DNA from: Polyangiaceae bacterium | GTDB taxonomy: Bacteria; Myxococcota_A; Polyangia; Polyangiales; Polyangiaceae | Assembly (NCBI GenBank): GCA_050287085.1 | Contig: JBNKBE010000003.1 | Location: 175,350-239,349 of the forward strand | Reading direction: 5' to 3' | DNA: 64,000 nucleotides | Shown: piece after piece, positions 32,043-42,230 of the stretch | Numbering within the stretch: position 1 is the stretch's first letter | Layout: every line of letters begins with the position of its first letter | Position numbers and translations under genes: made by a program | Notes under the pieces: generated by a model | Database searches by the model: none | Seen by the model: only the letters and a program-made list of their open reading frames with translations | What the model was told of the DNA's origin: nothing

Positions 32043-32699
32043 CTATTCAAAGTTGGGCAACCCCTCCAGCGGATCTGGGGCAGGATACGACGCGAGAATC
32101 GAGAGCGCATAATAGCGGTAGCGATGTACAATCGTGTCCCAGTCCGGCGCAGGGAGACTACGCAGCACGCACTTCGCCGCCGCTTTGGCCTGAGGACCTC
32201 GCCACTGACCGCTGGCACCCGCAAAAACATTGAGTCGCTTCTTCGTGAAGTCCGCCGTCAGCACGAAGTTGATGGTGCCGTCTTTGCCCGTCTGTGGAGC
32301 GCAGTCGATGGTCTTCTCGATGGCGGTTCGCAGCGCCGCCTCAAAGGCCGGCAAGCGATCGCATAAGTTGCCCTCATTGCCGTCACGATTGGGTGCAGCA
32401 CTGCACTTGACGCGTTGTGGGGCGCCAAGCTTCACCCTCAGCGTCGGAGCCCCTGCATCGACCGAAGAGCGGATCAATCCCCGGGTTGCAACCTTGGGCC
32501 CGTCGGAGTCCTTCGCCGAACCGGTGGGTGACGGTCGCCTCAAGAAGTAGACGGGCACCGCCACTACGAGCAGAACAAATACCAAAGCGACAACCAGCTG
32601 AGCGCGGAGCGGACGTTCGGCGCTCTGGGCCGAACCTACGCCGAGTCGACGGAGGTTGGGTTCGCTGGGTGCCGGAAATGAGGGTCGTGAGGCGGCCAT
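32043..32699 (-). CDS. Single-pass membrane protein with Cys-containing extracytoplasmic domain
   Basis: TM LVVALVFVLLVVAVPVYFL; four Cys; C...G.IN...AAKCV pattern loosely like TonB-C/AgmX C-terminal folds. Confidence 0.65.
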   Translation of the reverse strand: MAASRPSFPAPSEPNLRRLGVGSAQSAERPLRAQLVVALVFVLLVVAVPVYFLRRPSPTGSAKDSDGPKVATRGLIRSSVDAGAPTLRVKLGAPQRVKCSAAPNRDGNEGNLCDRLPAFEAALRTAIEKTIDCAPQTGKDGTINFVLTADFTKKRLNVFAGASGQWRGPQAKAAAKCVLRSLPAPDWDTIVHRYRYYALSILASYPAPDPLEGLPNFE

Positions 32700-32786
32700 A
32701 TCAAGTTCCCCTCGCAGCCGAGGCTATCAGGTAATGGCAGTGCTGGCGACCCCGGCTCGACCGCGCGGCCTGGTCGTGAACCAGAC

Positions 32787-34484
32787 TCAGGCGGAACGCC
32801 CGAGCAGCGTCCGAGCATCCGTGCCCGGTCGACCCTCGGCAATACGTGCGGCCAAGGTGAGCGACTCCGGCATCGAGCCCTGGACTTGCGAGACGACTTG
32901 CTCAACGACGTGCCGCACCTCATCCGTGCTCGGTCCCGTCATCACGACACCAAAGCTCAGCGGTCCGGTTTGCCCTGCCGTAACCGGGATAATGCTCAGA
33001 ACAAGCACCTCCGTGAGTTCGATCACGCGCTGAGCAGCCCTTCGGAGGGCCAACATCTCCAGAATTGTGGGACGGTCGGAAACCAGATGATTCGGGCTTC
33101 TCACCTCATAGATAGCAACGTGAAGCGGGATAGCATCCCACTCGGCAAAGGCGATCTCACTTGTGGTGGCCTCGACAAACGCATCGCGACTCAACAACCC
33201 GGTCAGACCGCTGCGACGAGAAAGGTACTCACACGCTCGGCGGTGTTGCGGTGAATCGATTTCAAAGCTCACCAGCTTGACGCGGCACTCCCCAAGCTGC
33301 ACCTCGCCGCCGTGCAGAAGCGTCACGTTCTGCTTTCGGTCGTAGCTATGATCCGCATAGGTGCCGTTCGTGCTCCCGCGGTCTTGGATCTGCCATGAAC
33401 CGCTTTGCCAACGCATGACGGCATGAGTCCCCGACACTGTCGCTTCCGGCATACAGATGTCCTGATCGCTGCGACGCCCGATGGTCAGCTCGGGCGATAG
33501 CAATGGGAACAACTGCCCCGCCAGGTCCCTTGCGTTGCTGGCAAAGGTGACCAGAAGCGACTGGGCCCCAGGCGTGAACTGCTGCGCTACAGAACGCCCC
33601 AGCGGTGGACCAGGCGAAATGCGCTCCCTCGGAATTTGCGCCTGACTGGTCGTCAGGGCCATGGGATTGAAGAAACGCAGCCGGCGCGCCCGGGGACGTC
33701 GCGCCGGGTCAGACGAGAGCGCTCGGAAGATCTGTTTGACCTCGTCGATGGATAGCCCCGCCGGAACGTCAAACATGATCTGCGTCCGCATGGGCTTGGA
33801 ATGGGGCTTGTACCCAGGCTCGGGTACGCGGCACGTCCACATTTCGAGCAGGGTCAGCCCCAATGCGTAGATATCGTCTTCGATGCTTGCCCCCCCCGAG
33901 CGAAGACGTTCCGGCGCCATGTAGTTTGGCGTCCCCCCGTCGGGCGGAGCTCCTGGACGCCGGGCACTGAGCCGCGCGCGCTCCTGGGCAAAGCCGAAAT
34001 CCAGAATGACGGCCCGCTCCGGCGTGATCATGACGTTGCCGGGCTTGAGATCGCCGTGCACCAGTCCTTGAGCGTGAATAGCTGCCAAACCGGCTGCCGT
34101 TTCGCCCGCAATTTGCCGAAACTCGTCCGCCGTGTAGCCGCCCTTGGCTTTCTTTCTGCGGATATGAGTGTGCAGCGTCTGCCCTTGAATGTGCTCCATC
34201 ACCAGGATGGGGCCCCACGGACTCGGCGCCAAGTCGTGTACACGACAGACGTTGGGGTGCCCCACACTGCGAGCGAGCAAGAGCTCCTGGCGGAGCGCCT
34301 CGTCGTCCCCGGGCATACGCGACTCCTCGCGCACCACCTTGAGGGCTACAGCCTGCTGTGTGCTACGATCGTAGGCGGCGAATACCTCGCCCATACCGCC
34401 TTTGCCCAGGCTCTCACGGATCTCGTAGCGGTCGTTGACGACCGTTCCCGGCTGAAGCGGAGGTTTGCTTTTGTTCGGCGGCAT
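32787..34484 (-). CDS. Ser/Thr kinase + FHA + degenerate GGDEF-like domain
   Basis: LGKGGMGEV, HGDLKPGN, DFG, GTPNYMAPE; IGR..VSGTHA..STNGT; SGLTGLLSR. Confidence 0.88.
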   Translation of the reverse strand: MPPNKSKPPLQPGTVVNDRYEIRESLGKGGMGEVFAAYDRSTQQAVALKVVREESRMPGDDEALRQELLLARSVGHPNVCRVHDLAPSPWGPILVMEHIQGQTLHTHIRRKKAKGGYTADEFRQIAGETAAGLAAIHAQGLVHGDLKPGNVMITPERAVILDFGFAQERARLSARRPGAPPDGGTPNYMAPERLRSGGASIEDDIYALGLTLLEMWTCRVPEPGYKPHSKPMRTQIMFDVPAGLSIDEVKQIFRALSSDPARRPRARRLRFFNPMALTTSQAQIPRERISPGPPLGRSVAQQFTPGAQSLLVTFASNARDLAGQLFPLLSPELTIGRRSDQDICMPEATVSGTHAVMRWQSGSWQIQDRGSTNGTYADHSYDRKQNVTLLHGGEVQLGECRVKLVSFEIDSPQHRRACEYLSRRSGLTGLLSRDAFVEATTSEIAFAEWDAIPLHVAIYEVRSPNHLVSDRPTILEMLALRRAAQRVIELTEVLVLSIIPVTAGQTGPLSFGVVMTGPSTDEVRHVVEQVVSQVQGSMPESLTLAARIAEGRPGTDARTLLGRSA

Positions 34485-34686
34485 CGCACAACAACTGGAT
34501 TTGACGGGTCAAAACCAGCGCCGAGCGTCCACGATTTGCCTCACTTGCGCAATCGCAGAGATCCGTTTTCATGCACTGCCAGCACCGGACACCTGACCGG
34601 TAGTTGGCCGCCCCAAACCGGGCGTCTGGGCGCCCCGACTAGGACCACGTGCTGGCGGCTCTTATGCGCCCGAAGCATACTTAAAT

Positions 34687-34941
34687 ATGAGCTTCAGCAC
34701 GCCAACCATTCCAATGCTGCTGGTGTTCGCAATGGTAGGCACGGTAGCGTGTGTGAGCGCTCCAAAACCCCGACCGGTGCGTGCGCCTCATGCGGAACGC
34801 ACCCCAAGACACCCCGCCAGAGAAGCTCCTGCCCTGGTGGCGCCGCCGCCTGCCTATGGCAACCGCGTAGTGCTTGCGCCCACGCCTTCCGGCTCGGTGT
34901 ATGCGGTCCGCGCCCAGCCCACGCCCGGGGGCTATCACTGA
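34687..34941 (+). CDS. Possible small lipoprotein
   Basis: Hydrophobic stretch ending TVAC, followed by a Pro-rich tail; fills an otherwise empty gap. Confidence 0.4.
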   Translation: MSFSTPTIPMLLVFAMVGTVACVSAPKPRPVRAPHAERTPRHPAREAPALVAPPPAYGNRVVLAPTPSGSVYAVRAQPTPGGYH

Positions 34942-34975
34942 GAGGGCGTGCCCGTGAGTCGACCTTGGCGGGGCG

Positions 34976-36151
34976 CTAGTCTACGCAGACAGCAACCCGC
35001 CCCCAGTCCGCTCCGCCTCGGTTGTCGCGAAGCACCGCCCACAAATACGCCAGCCCCTTCTGACGCGGAGGAATCCACTCGGTCCCTACGTCCGACTGGA
35101 AACCGGCGACGACGTCGTTCACCAACCGAACGTCGCTGCTGAAGGAGCCCCGATCGGCGTGGAATGAAACCCACAACTGCTCATCAACGGGGTCGTCCGG
35201 GGTACGCGTAAGAAGCCAGTCCACCCCGACCGAATCCGCGCTGATCTTGGGACGAAGCTCGAGTTTGTCGCAGTCCGCCGGCTGCTCCGGATCAGGACAG
35301 GCTCTAATCGTAACCTCGCTGCCGTCACAACGGCGTGATGTGGCCGGGTCAACGGGAGCGCAGTCCGTCCCTAGACAGATAGAGTCGTCCACGCTCGTCC
35401 ACTTTCGCCCTCGCATGACCTCAAAACCCTCCACCACCGGGTTGTCGTTGGCGATCGACTCGTAGGCAAAAAGCGTGGTGTAACCCACCACGAACTTCTC
35501 CGAGCTCACCGGCTTACCAGCGCGGTCATAGCAGGCAATCGGAAACTCATCACCGCCGCCGTCGCCGAACCACAAGCGTCCAGCGCATGCCGCAAAAAAG
35601 ACGTGTTCGAGACCGTAGCGCGGACGCTTGGGATCAGTCGACGGCGGATGGGTCGCGATCAGGTCTTCAGGTATCTGAGTGCTGAAACTCTCCCCAAAGC
35701 CAAACGACAGACCTTCCCGCTGGAGAGCGCTTCCACGCGACGCCGCGAAGGCCAGCAGCGCGGCCGCGTCGTCGGCTTCATCCTCCGGCAGTGGAGGTGG
35801 TCTGAACGAATCAAACGCGCCTTGGAGAACGGCCACGCACGCCGCGTACAAGTCCTTTGGCGGATTGCGACAGCCTCCCAACCACAGAACACTGACGGTC
35901 TCATTCTCGTCTGTAGTTTCGTTATTGTAGAGAAGCCGCAATTCAACAGTGTCACCCGGTCGGGCGTAGGGAAGCGACTTCTGCACGCCGATGACTCGAA
36001 GACCATTGAGTTCACTGGCTGCATCAAATTCGACGCCGCATGCCGTCCACATGACACCACAAAGCGAAATGAGAGCACACCGCCGGAAATGCGCCGCGGA
36101 AACACACCACCGTCGCTTTCCCACACCTGCCGCAGTCAGAAGCCAACTCAT
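34976..36151 (-). CDS. Cys-rich putative lipoprotein coupled to TonB-dependent receptor
   Basis: TGATG overlap with the receptor stop; WTAC lipobox-like; LRVIGV...PYARPG and WAVLRDNRGG motifs. Confidence 0.75.
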   Translation of the reverse strand: MSWLLTAAGVGKRRWCVSAAHFRRCALISLCGVMWTACGVEFDAASELNGLRVIGVQKSLPYARPGDTVELRLLYNNETTDENETVSVLWLGGCRNPPKDLYAACVAVLQGAFDSFRPPPLPEDEADDAAALLAFAASRGSALQREGLSFGFGESFSTQIPEDLIATHPPSTDPKRPRYGLEHVFFAACAGRLWFGDGGGDEFPIACYDRAGKPVSSEKFVVGYTTLFAYESIANDNPVVEGFEVMRGRKWTSVDDSICLGTDCAPVDPATSRRCDGSEVTIRACPDPEQPADCDKLELRPKISADSVGVDWLLTRTPDDPVDEQLWVSFHADRGSFSSDVRLVNDVVAGFQSDVGTEWIPPRQKGLAYLWAVLRDNRGGADWGRVAVCVD

Positions 36152-38874
36152 CAGAATTCTCCTCGTAAGCCCAGACTCGGTATGATTGGCAGACCAGTTT
36201 GGACTGTGCTCTTCGAGTAGTCGAAGTTGTAGCTCACCCCTTCCACCGCCGCGTTGTTGTAGGCGTTCCAAACGTCAACATAGCCCACGACCCTGAAGTC
36301 TCGAAACTGCCAGGTCTTCTCGATGCGGACATCCAGTTGATTGAAGAGCGGGAGACGACGCGAGTTGAGCTGTCCTTGAATCGGAACGTATGAACCAACG
36401 TCGGCCACGTAGATCGACGGGACCTGCGCCCCCGTACGCACTGGCGTGTAGTTGTTGCCCGACACGATGCGGAAGCGGGCCCCTAGCTCCCATCCGCCGC
36501 CCAGACGATAGCTGCCCAGGGCCGTGAGAATATGTGTTTGGTCGAACTGAAAAGGACGCTCGGCTTCGTCCGGCGCACTGCGACGAGTGCTCTTCGATAA
36601 CGTGTACGCGAGCCATCCGAAGAAGCGTCCATCAGACTTATAGCGCAGCAATGTCTCGGCGCCGATGACCCTTCCGCTGCCCTGATTGGTGTAGGGTGAT
36701 CCCCCGACGACCAGATTGTCGAGCTCCTTCAGGTACGCCTCCAAGCTCACGTCCAAGAACTCGCTGAGGCCTTGTTCGACGCCCACCGAAAAGTGCGCCG
36801 AGCGATTGCTCTGAACCCCCCAGGTTCCAAAGATCGGATCGAGCTGCTGAGGCTGCGGGGGCTGATAAAACAACCCGGCGCCGCCCTTGACCACGGTCTT
36901 GAGCGGCACAACGCCGTCGCTATCTGCATCGCTGTCGATCCCTCGCAGCGTGTAGCGCGCGGTGACTCGGGGGCTGAGGTTCGTCTGCTCGTTTTGATTG
37001 TTGTAGTCAACGCGCGCGCCCGGCACGATCAGCCAACGTTCGGTCGGCTGCAACTCGAAGTCTGCGTACGCTGCGGGTTGGAAGAACGCCCCCGTAGACT
37101 CGGTCTCCAATACCGGCTCGCTCGAAATGACCCGCGGCGTGTTGTCTGAAGGATCAGGCGGCAACGGAGCTCGCACACGCACGTCAAAAAACGTGGACAG
37201 CAGGTCCATCCCCACGTTGACCTTCACCCCATCAGTCAGCGTCCAGCCGAGCTCTGTTCGCTGGACGAGAGGATACGAGTCCAAATTGAAGAGCACCGGA
37301 CCGAGGGAAAAGCGCACCCGATCCCGGCCGAAGCTCGCAGTCGCGGCCATTTCCAACTTTGGTGTGAACTGGTGTTCGTACACCGCCTGTCCTCGATAGA
37401 ACGCGTTGGCGAATGATAGCGTGCCCGAGAACGCTGGCTCCTGCGCCGACGGTTCTGACACCAAGATCTTGAGAGCATCGTCGGTCCCATAGAACTGCAA
37501 GCGCAATTTGGAGCGCCTGGTCGGATGCGTCTCCGCGATGAGCTGGTAGTCATTGTATACCGGCGCCGCGGAAACTCCGGCGCCGGCTTGTTCCAATACC
37601 GGTTTGAGCCAAACGTCCACCCAGCTGCGACGCCCCCCGACGGCGAATGTCCACTTGTCGCCGAGAGGCCCCCGCAGGAAGAACCTAGTATCGATCAGAT
37701 CGCCCTGGACCATGCCGTGGAAGCATCCGCTTTCATCGCTAGGCACCCCATAGTCCGCCGTGCATTCCGTTTCAGGTGAACGCAACTTGACGTCGACAAT
37801 CCCCGCCATCGCGCGGCCGTACTTCACACCGAAGTTTCCCGGATAGAAGTCGATCCGATCGAGTAGCTCGGTGGGGATGACGGAGCTCAAACCGCCAAAG
37901 TGGTAAATCAGCGGGACCAGCGTACCGTCCACGAGCCCTTGAGTATCCTGGGGTGCCGAGCCACGCACAATCAGCACACCGGCAAGCCCCGGCGGGCGCG
38001 CCACACCGGGCAGGCTCTGCAGAGAGCGCAGAGCATCGCCCCCGGTCCCGGGAACCTTGGAGATCTCACGTCGGTCCAAGGTACGACGAGTTACCTCCCG
38101 CGGGGGTCGTTCACCTACAACGATTACTTCGTCTATCTCGCTCCTGGGGCTCAGACGCAGCGTCAAGGCTGTCGCCTCGCCCAAGGAGACCTCCTCAGTC
38201 GTGGTCAGTGGCTCGTAGCCATCGGCGGAAACGACCACTTCGTATTGGCTCGGCGGCAAGCCCACCAGAGACCAGGCGCCGTTCTCATCCGAAATCGCCT
38301 CATAGCCGATCCCCCCCTCTGCGATCACGGTTACAACGGCTCCGGGGAGCGGCTCCTCCGAGCCGGCGATCAGCAATCGCCCCTCCAAGTTACCACCCGC
38401 CGCCGCCGCCAGGGCCGTCACCGCCGGCGGCGGCGACTCCGAAGAGGGCGGCTCAAAGACATAGGTGAAGGGAATGTACACCTCCCGCGCGCGCCCCCCC
38501 ACGAGGGCCGGCGTGAATACGCTCCGGCGCAACGCTTCGAGTGCGGCTGCACGGAGTGCCACCGCACCGTCCGGTCCCGGCCCATCGGATTCGAGAGCCA
38601 CCGCGTCACCGACGCTTCCGTCCTCACGCACTAGGACCTTCAGTTTCACACTGAGTGGCGCTGTCAATGCCGCCCGCGCCGGCGAATCCACCTCAGCCAG
38701 ATAGAGTAGACGTGGCAAGACAACTTGGGGCTTCGCTGGCGTCCCAGCTGCTGGCAGGGCGGACCCCGCAGAAGCTGGAACCGACTGCGCCACCGCGATC
38801 GGGGAAAACCCGAGCAGCGTCACCCCCGTGAGAACCGAAAACGCGGCCCGGATCCTGTACTTGCGTGCTGCCAT
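36151..38874 (-). CDS. TonB-dependent receptor with N-terminal TonB-C-like and carboxypeptidase-regulatory-like domains
   Basis: V.EDGSV...AALEA..F.PA (TonB-C), GD.LRSLQSLPGV plug, GWLAYTLS, QLDVRIEK, C-terminal GLRGEF. Confidence 0.92.
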   Translation of the reverse strand: MAARKYRIRAAFSVLTGVTLLGFSPIAVAQSVPASAGSALPAAGTPAKPQVVLPRLLYLAEVDSPARAALTAPLSVKLKVLVREDGSVGDAVALESDGPGPDGAVALRAAALEALRRSVFTPALVGGRAREVYIPFTYVFEPPSSESPPPAVTALAAAAGGNLEGRLLIAGSEEPLPGAVVTVIAEGGIGYEAISDENGAWSLVGLPPSQYEVVVSADGYEPLTTTEEVSLGEATALTLRLSPRSEIDEVIVVGERPPREVTRRTLDRREISKVPGTGGDALRSLQSLPGVARPPGLAGVLIVRGSAPQDTQGLVDGTLVPLIYHFGGLSSVIPTELLDRIDFYPGNFGVKYGRAMAGIVDVKLRSPETECTADYGVPSDESGCFHGMVQGDLIDTRFFLRGPLGDKWTFAVGGRRSWVDVWLKPVLEQAGAGVSAAPVYNDYQLIAETHPTRRSKLRLQFYGTDDALKILVSEPSAQEPAFSGTLSFANAFYRGQAVYEHQFTPKLEMAATASFGRDRVRFSLGPVLFNLDSYPLVQRTELGWTLTDGVKVNVGMDLLSTFFDVRVRAPLPPDPSDNTPRVISSEPVLETESTGAFFQPAAYADFELQPTERWLIVPGARVDYNNQNEQTNLSPRVTARYTLRGIDSDADSDGVVPLKTVVKGGAGLFYQPPQPQQLDPIFGTWGVQSNRSAHFSVGVEQGLSEFLDVSLEAYLKELDNLVVGGSPYTNQGSGRVIGAETLLRYKSDGRFFGWLAYTLSKSTRRSAPDEAERPFQFDQTHILTALGSYRLGGGWELGARFRIVSGNNYTPVRTGAQVPSIYVADVGSYVPIQGQLNSRRLPLFNQLDVRIEKTWQFRDFRVVGYVDVWNAYNNAAVEGVSYNFDYSKSTVQTGLPIIPSLGLRGEF

Positions 38875-39067
38875 ATTTGCGGTGTCCCTCGACGCTTCCA
38901 CGGGTAGTGCGATCAGACAGGGGCGGCAAGAGCGTTTCGTTGGCACAAGCTCCTTTCAAGGACGAAATTTGGCCTCTTGCTCAGCCTGCCGCCGTCGCTG
39001 AACCGGACCCGTCGGAAGCCTGAACTTCGGCTTGAGCTTGGGACGGAGCCTCCGCTAGGGCGACGCT

Positions 39068-39838
39068 GTGAAAGTCGCATCTTGGAACGTCAACTCCCTG
39101 CGTGCACGCGAGGGACATGTAATCGCCTGGCTCAAGCGCGAGCAGCCGGACGTGCTGTGCATGCAAGAGACCAAAGTTGTGGATGATGAGTTCCCCACCG
39201 AGGCGTTTCAGCGCCTTGGTTATGGCGTGATGATGGCCGGCGAAAAGAGCTACAATGGCGTCGCCATCGCGTCGCGGAAATTGATTCGCAACGTACGCGT
39301 AGGACTCGAAGGGGCCCCGCCGGACGCTGAGAGGCGCCTGATTGCGGCCAAGGTCGGCAAGCTGCAGCTGATCAACTGCTACGTCCCAAACGGACAATCG
39401 CTGGAGTCGGCTCAATTCGAACACAAGCTTCAGTGGCTTGATCGGCTCAAGGACTCGCTCAGCGCCTGGACCGATCCCGAGCGAGACGTCTTAGTGTGCG
39501 GGGACTTCAATATCGCTGCCGACGAGCGAGACCTATTTGACCCCGAGGCGTTTCGGGGTCAAACCCACTTTCATCCTTTGGAACACCAGCGACTCGCCGC
39601 CCTCAAACAGTGGGGTTTGGTCGACCTATTCCGTTCTCGTCACGACGGAGCGGGCCTATATTCCTGGTGGGACTACCGTGGGGGAGCATTTCGCAAGAAC
39701 GAGGGACTGCGGATCGACTACATCTTCACAACTCCCGGGTTGGCCAGACGCTGTCGCGAGGTGTACATCGACAGTGATGAACGAGGACGGGAAAAGCCCT
39801 CTGACCATGCTCCCGTCGTCGCGGTCTTCGACGACTGA
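39068..39838 (+). CDS. xth: Exodeoxyribonuclease III
   Basis: SWNVNS, MQETK, YNGVAI, YVPNG, GDFNIA, SWWDYR, RIDY, PSDHAPV. Confidence 0.96.
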   Translation: MKVASWNVNSLRAREGHVIAWLKREQPDVLCMQETKVVDDEFPTEAFQRLGYGVMMAGEKSYNGVAIASRKLIRNVRVGLEGAPPDAERRLIAAKVGKLQLINCYVPNGQSLESAQFEHKLQWLDRLKDSLSAWTDPERDVLVCGDFNIAADERDLFDPEAFRGQTHFHPLEHQRLAALKQWGLVDLFRSRHDGAGLYSWWDYRGGAFRKNEGLRIDYIFTTPGLARRCREVYIDSDERGREKPSDHAPVVAVFDD

Positions 39839-39880
39839 AGCGGACAGGCCATTCGAGCCTATAGAGGACTGAGGTCAAGC

Positions 39881-42214
39881 ATGAAACAGCTACTACACCT
39901 GGGCAGCACAGGCGACGGCTCACAGGCAGAATCGTCGACTTTCGATGCGGACAAGCTCACGCGTCACGGCGTGATACTGGGAATGACGGGCTCGGGCAAA
40001 ACTGGGCTCGGCATTGTCCTGCTCGAGGAGCTCGCGCGTCTGAGCATTCCGTGTCTTATAATCGATCCCAAGGGCGACATGGGCAATCTGCTGCTCAATT
40101 TCGCCGGCCAAAACGCGAGTGCGCTGGAGCCATGGGTGGACCCCGCCACAGCGCGCCAAGCAGGCGTTACGGCGTCCGAGCTAGCGGCGAGCGAACATCA
40201 GAAGTGGCGCGAGGGAACGGCCCGCGCAGGTCTCGATTTCGATGACCCTTCGCTGTGCTTGCGCGACCGCTTCCAAATCCTCACCCCGGGGCTACTGCGC
40301 GGGCAGCCGATCAACCTCCTTGGCTCCCTGAACCCAACCGTCGAGCGCGATCCAGAAGGTAGCGCCGACGAATTGGACGGCCTCGTCGGCGCGATCCTCG
40401 GCATGCTCGGCCTCGATCCCAACCCGCTCACCTCCAAGCCCTACGTGCTGCTGTCAGCGCTTATCGGTCGCGCCTGGGCCCAGGGCCTCCCGCTCGATTT
40501 CCCAACATTGATTCAACAGGTGCAATCACCTCCCGTGCGCAAGTTGGGTGTCTTCCAGGTCGACACGTTTTATCCACTGGATGAACGCAACACGCTCGCG
40601 ATGAGCTTGAACAGCTTGTTGGCGTCACCCGCATTCGCGACTTGGTGCACGGGCCGTCCACTGGACATCGAGCAACTGCTGGACCGCGGGGCACCGCGCT
40701 CAACCATTATTTACCTGGCGCATGCGAGCGAGGAAGAACGCCAATTCGTGGTGGCATTGCTGCTGGGCAAGCTCATCACCTGGGTTCGCCGGCAACCCGG
40801 GACGAGTGCATTGCGCGCGCTGGTCTACCTGGACGAGGTCGCTGGCTACGCCCCACCAAACGCGATGCCCGGCACTAAACGCCCGCTCCTAACGCTGCTA
40901 AAGCAAGCTCGCGCCCAGGGTGTCGGCATGGTGTTGGCGACGCAGAACCCGGTCGATCTCGACTACAAGGCACTCAGCAACGCGGGAACTTGGTGGCTTG
41001 GAAGGCTCCAAACCCCGCAAGATCGCGCACGTGTACTCGATGGTCTGGAGCATGCCGGCCCGGCCCGGGAAGCCTTGGACAAGCAGCTAGCGTCGCTCAA
41101 GACACGAGAGTTTGTCGTCCAGCAGCTTGGAGGGCGACCGCCCACGGCGCTAGCCACGCGGTGGGCGTTGTCGTACCTGCGAGGTCCGCTCACGCCCAGA
41201 GAGATTGAAAACCTGGTCCCACACGCGCCGCCCGAAGAACAAGCCGCTGAGCCCCCGCGCGCCGATTCGCCCGTTGGACTAGAAATCATGCCCCAGGTAG
41301 CCCGTGACGCTCTTGTTTGCTTCCTGCGCCCGGACGCCCCTTGGCTCGACCAACTGGGCATCCATCTGGATAGCCCGGTGCTGCGCCCAGCGCTCGCCGC
41401 TCGCGTCTCGCTTCGCTTCGACGACACCAAGGCCGGTATTGACGAAACTGTGGAATGGGAAGCCCTGTGGTATCCGCTCGACAATCAGCTCCGAGGGAAG
41501 CCCCATCGACTCGACTACGACGAACGCGACTTCACGACTGTTGCGCCGCCAGGAGCGCGCTACGCCGAGGACTGCCCGCCGCTGGACGAACCTGCGCTAT
41601 TTCGCCAATTCAAACGTGGATTGGAGAGCGAGCTATACGCCCACGAGCGGCTCACCCTCCAAAAGAACGCCTCTCTCTCTCTGGTGAGTCGTCCCAATGA
41701 GCCCGCGGCCGACTTCGCCGGGCGCTGTCAGGCTCGCGCCGAAGAACTCGGAGACGAGGCCGCCGCCGCCCTGCGCGACAAGTACGAAGCCAAGTTCCAA
41801 TCGCTCCGACAACGCGCCAAGACAGCCGCTGATAAAGTCGAAGCGCTTGAGTTGGAAGCGAGCTCCCAGTCGCAAAACGAATGGCTGTCGGGCGCGGCGT
41901 CCTTGATCGGCCTGTTCTTGGGCGGGCGAGGCAACCTCACGGCACTCACCCGCGCCGCATCGCGTCGCACACGGACCCGCCGCGCCAATCAGAAGCTGAC
42001 TCAGGCGCAAGAACGCGCCGAAGAGTTGGAAGAAGCCGTCGCAGACCTCGAACAAGAGCTGGCGACCGAGCTCGGTGCACTGGAAAAGCACTACCGGGCA
42101 GCCGCCACGCAACTCGAACCGTTCGAGGTACGACTAGAAAAGAACGATATTCGACTCGAAGAAGTGCGCTTGTTGTGGGTGCCTGGGCCCGCGGCACGCG
42201 ACGCGCAAGAGTGA
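39881..42214 (+). CDS. HerA/FtsK-superfamily ATPase (DUF87-like) with C-terminal coiled coil
   Basis: Walker A GMTGSGKT, IDPKGD, Walker B VYLDE, RAQGVGMVLATQNP. Confidence 0.88.
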   Translation: MKQLLHLGSTGDGSQAESSTFDADKLTRHGVILGMTGSGKTGLGIVLLEELARLSIPCLIIDPKGDMGNLLLNFAGQNASALEPWVDPATARQAGVTASELAASEHQKWREGTARAGLDFDDPSLCLRDRFQILTPGLLRGQPINLLGSLNPTVERDPEGSADELDGLVGAILGMLGLDPNPLTSKPYVLLSALIGRAWAQGLPLDFPTLIQQVQSPPVRKLGVFQVDTFYPLDERNTLAMSLNSLLASPAFATWCTGRPLDIEQLLDRGAPRSTIIYLAHASEEERQFVVALLLGKLITWVRRQPGTSALRALVYLDEVAGYAPPNAMPGTKRPLLTLLKQARAQGVGMVLATQNPVDLDYKALSNAGTWWLGRLQTPQDRARVLDGLEHAGPAREALDKQLASLKTREFVVQQLGGRPPTALATRWALSYLRGPLTPREIENLVPHAPPEEQAAEPPRADSPVGLEIMPQVARDALVCFLRPDAPWLDQLGIHLDSPVLRPALAARVSLRFDDTKAGIDETVEWEALWYPLDNQLRGKPHRLDYDERDFTTVAPPGARYAEDCPPLDEPALFRQFKRGLESELYAHERLTLQKNASLSLVSRPNEPAADFAGRCQARAEELGDEAAAALRDKYEAKFQSLRQRAKTAADKVEALELEASSQSQNEWLSGAASLIGLFLGGRGNLTALTRAASRRTRTRRANQKLTQAQERAEELEEAVADLEQELATELGALEKHYRAAATQLEPFEVRLEKNDIRLEEVRLLWVPGPAARDAQE

Positions 42215-42230
42215 GCACCGAAAGCGCGGC

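Noticed and set aside
33801..34979. 392-aa plus-strand ORF
   Set aside because: Mostly antisense to the kinase gene; typical high-GC shadow ORF, as are most other overlapping ORFs in the track.
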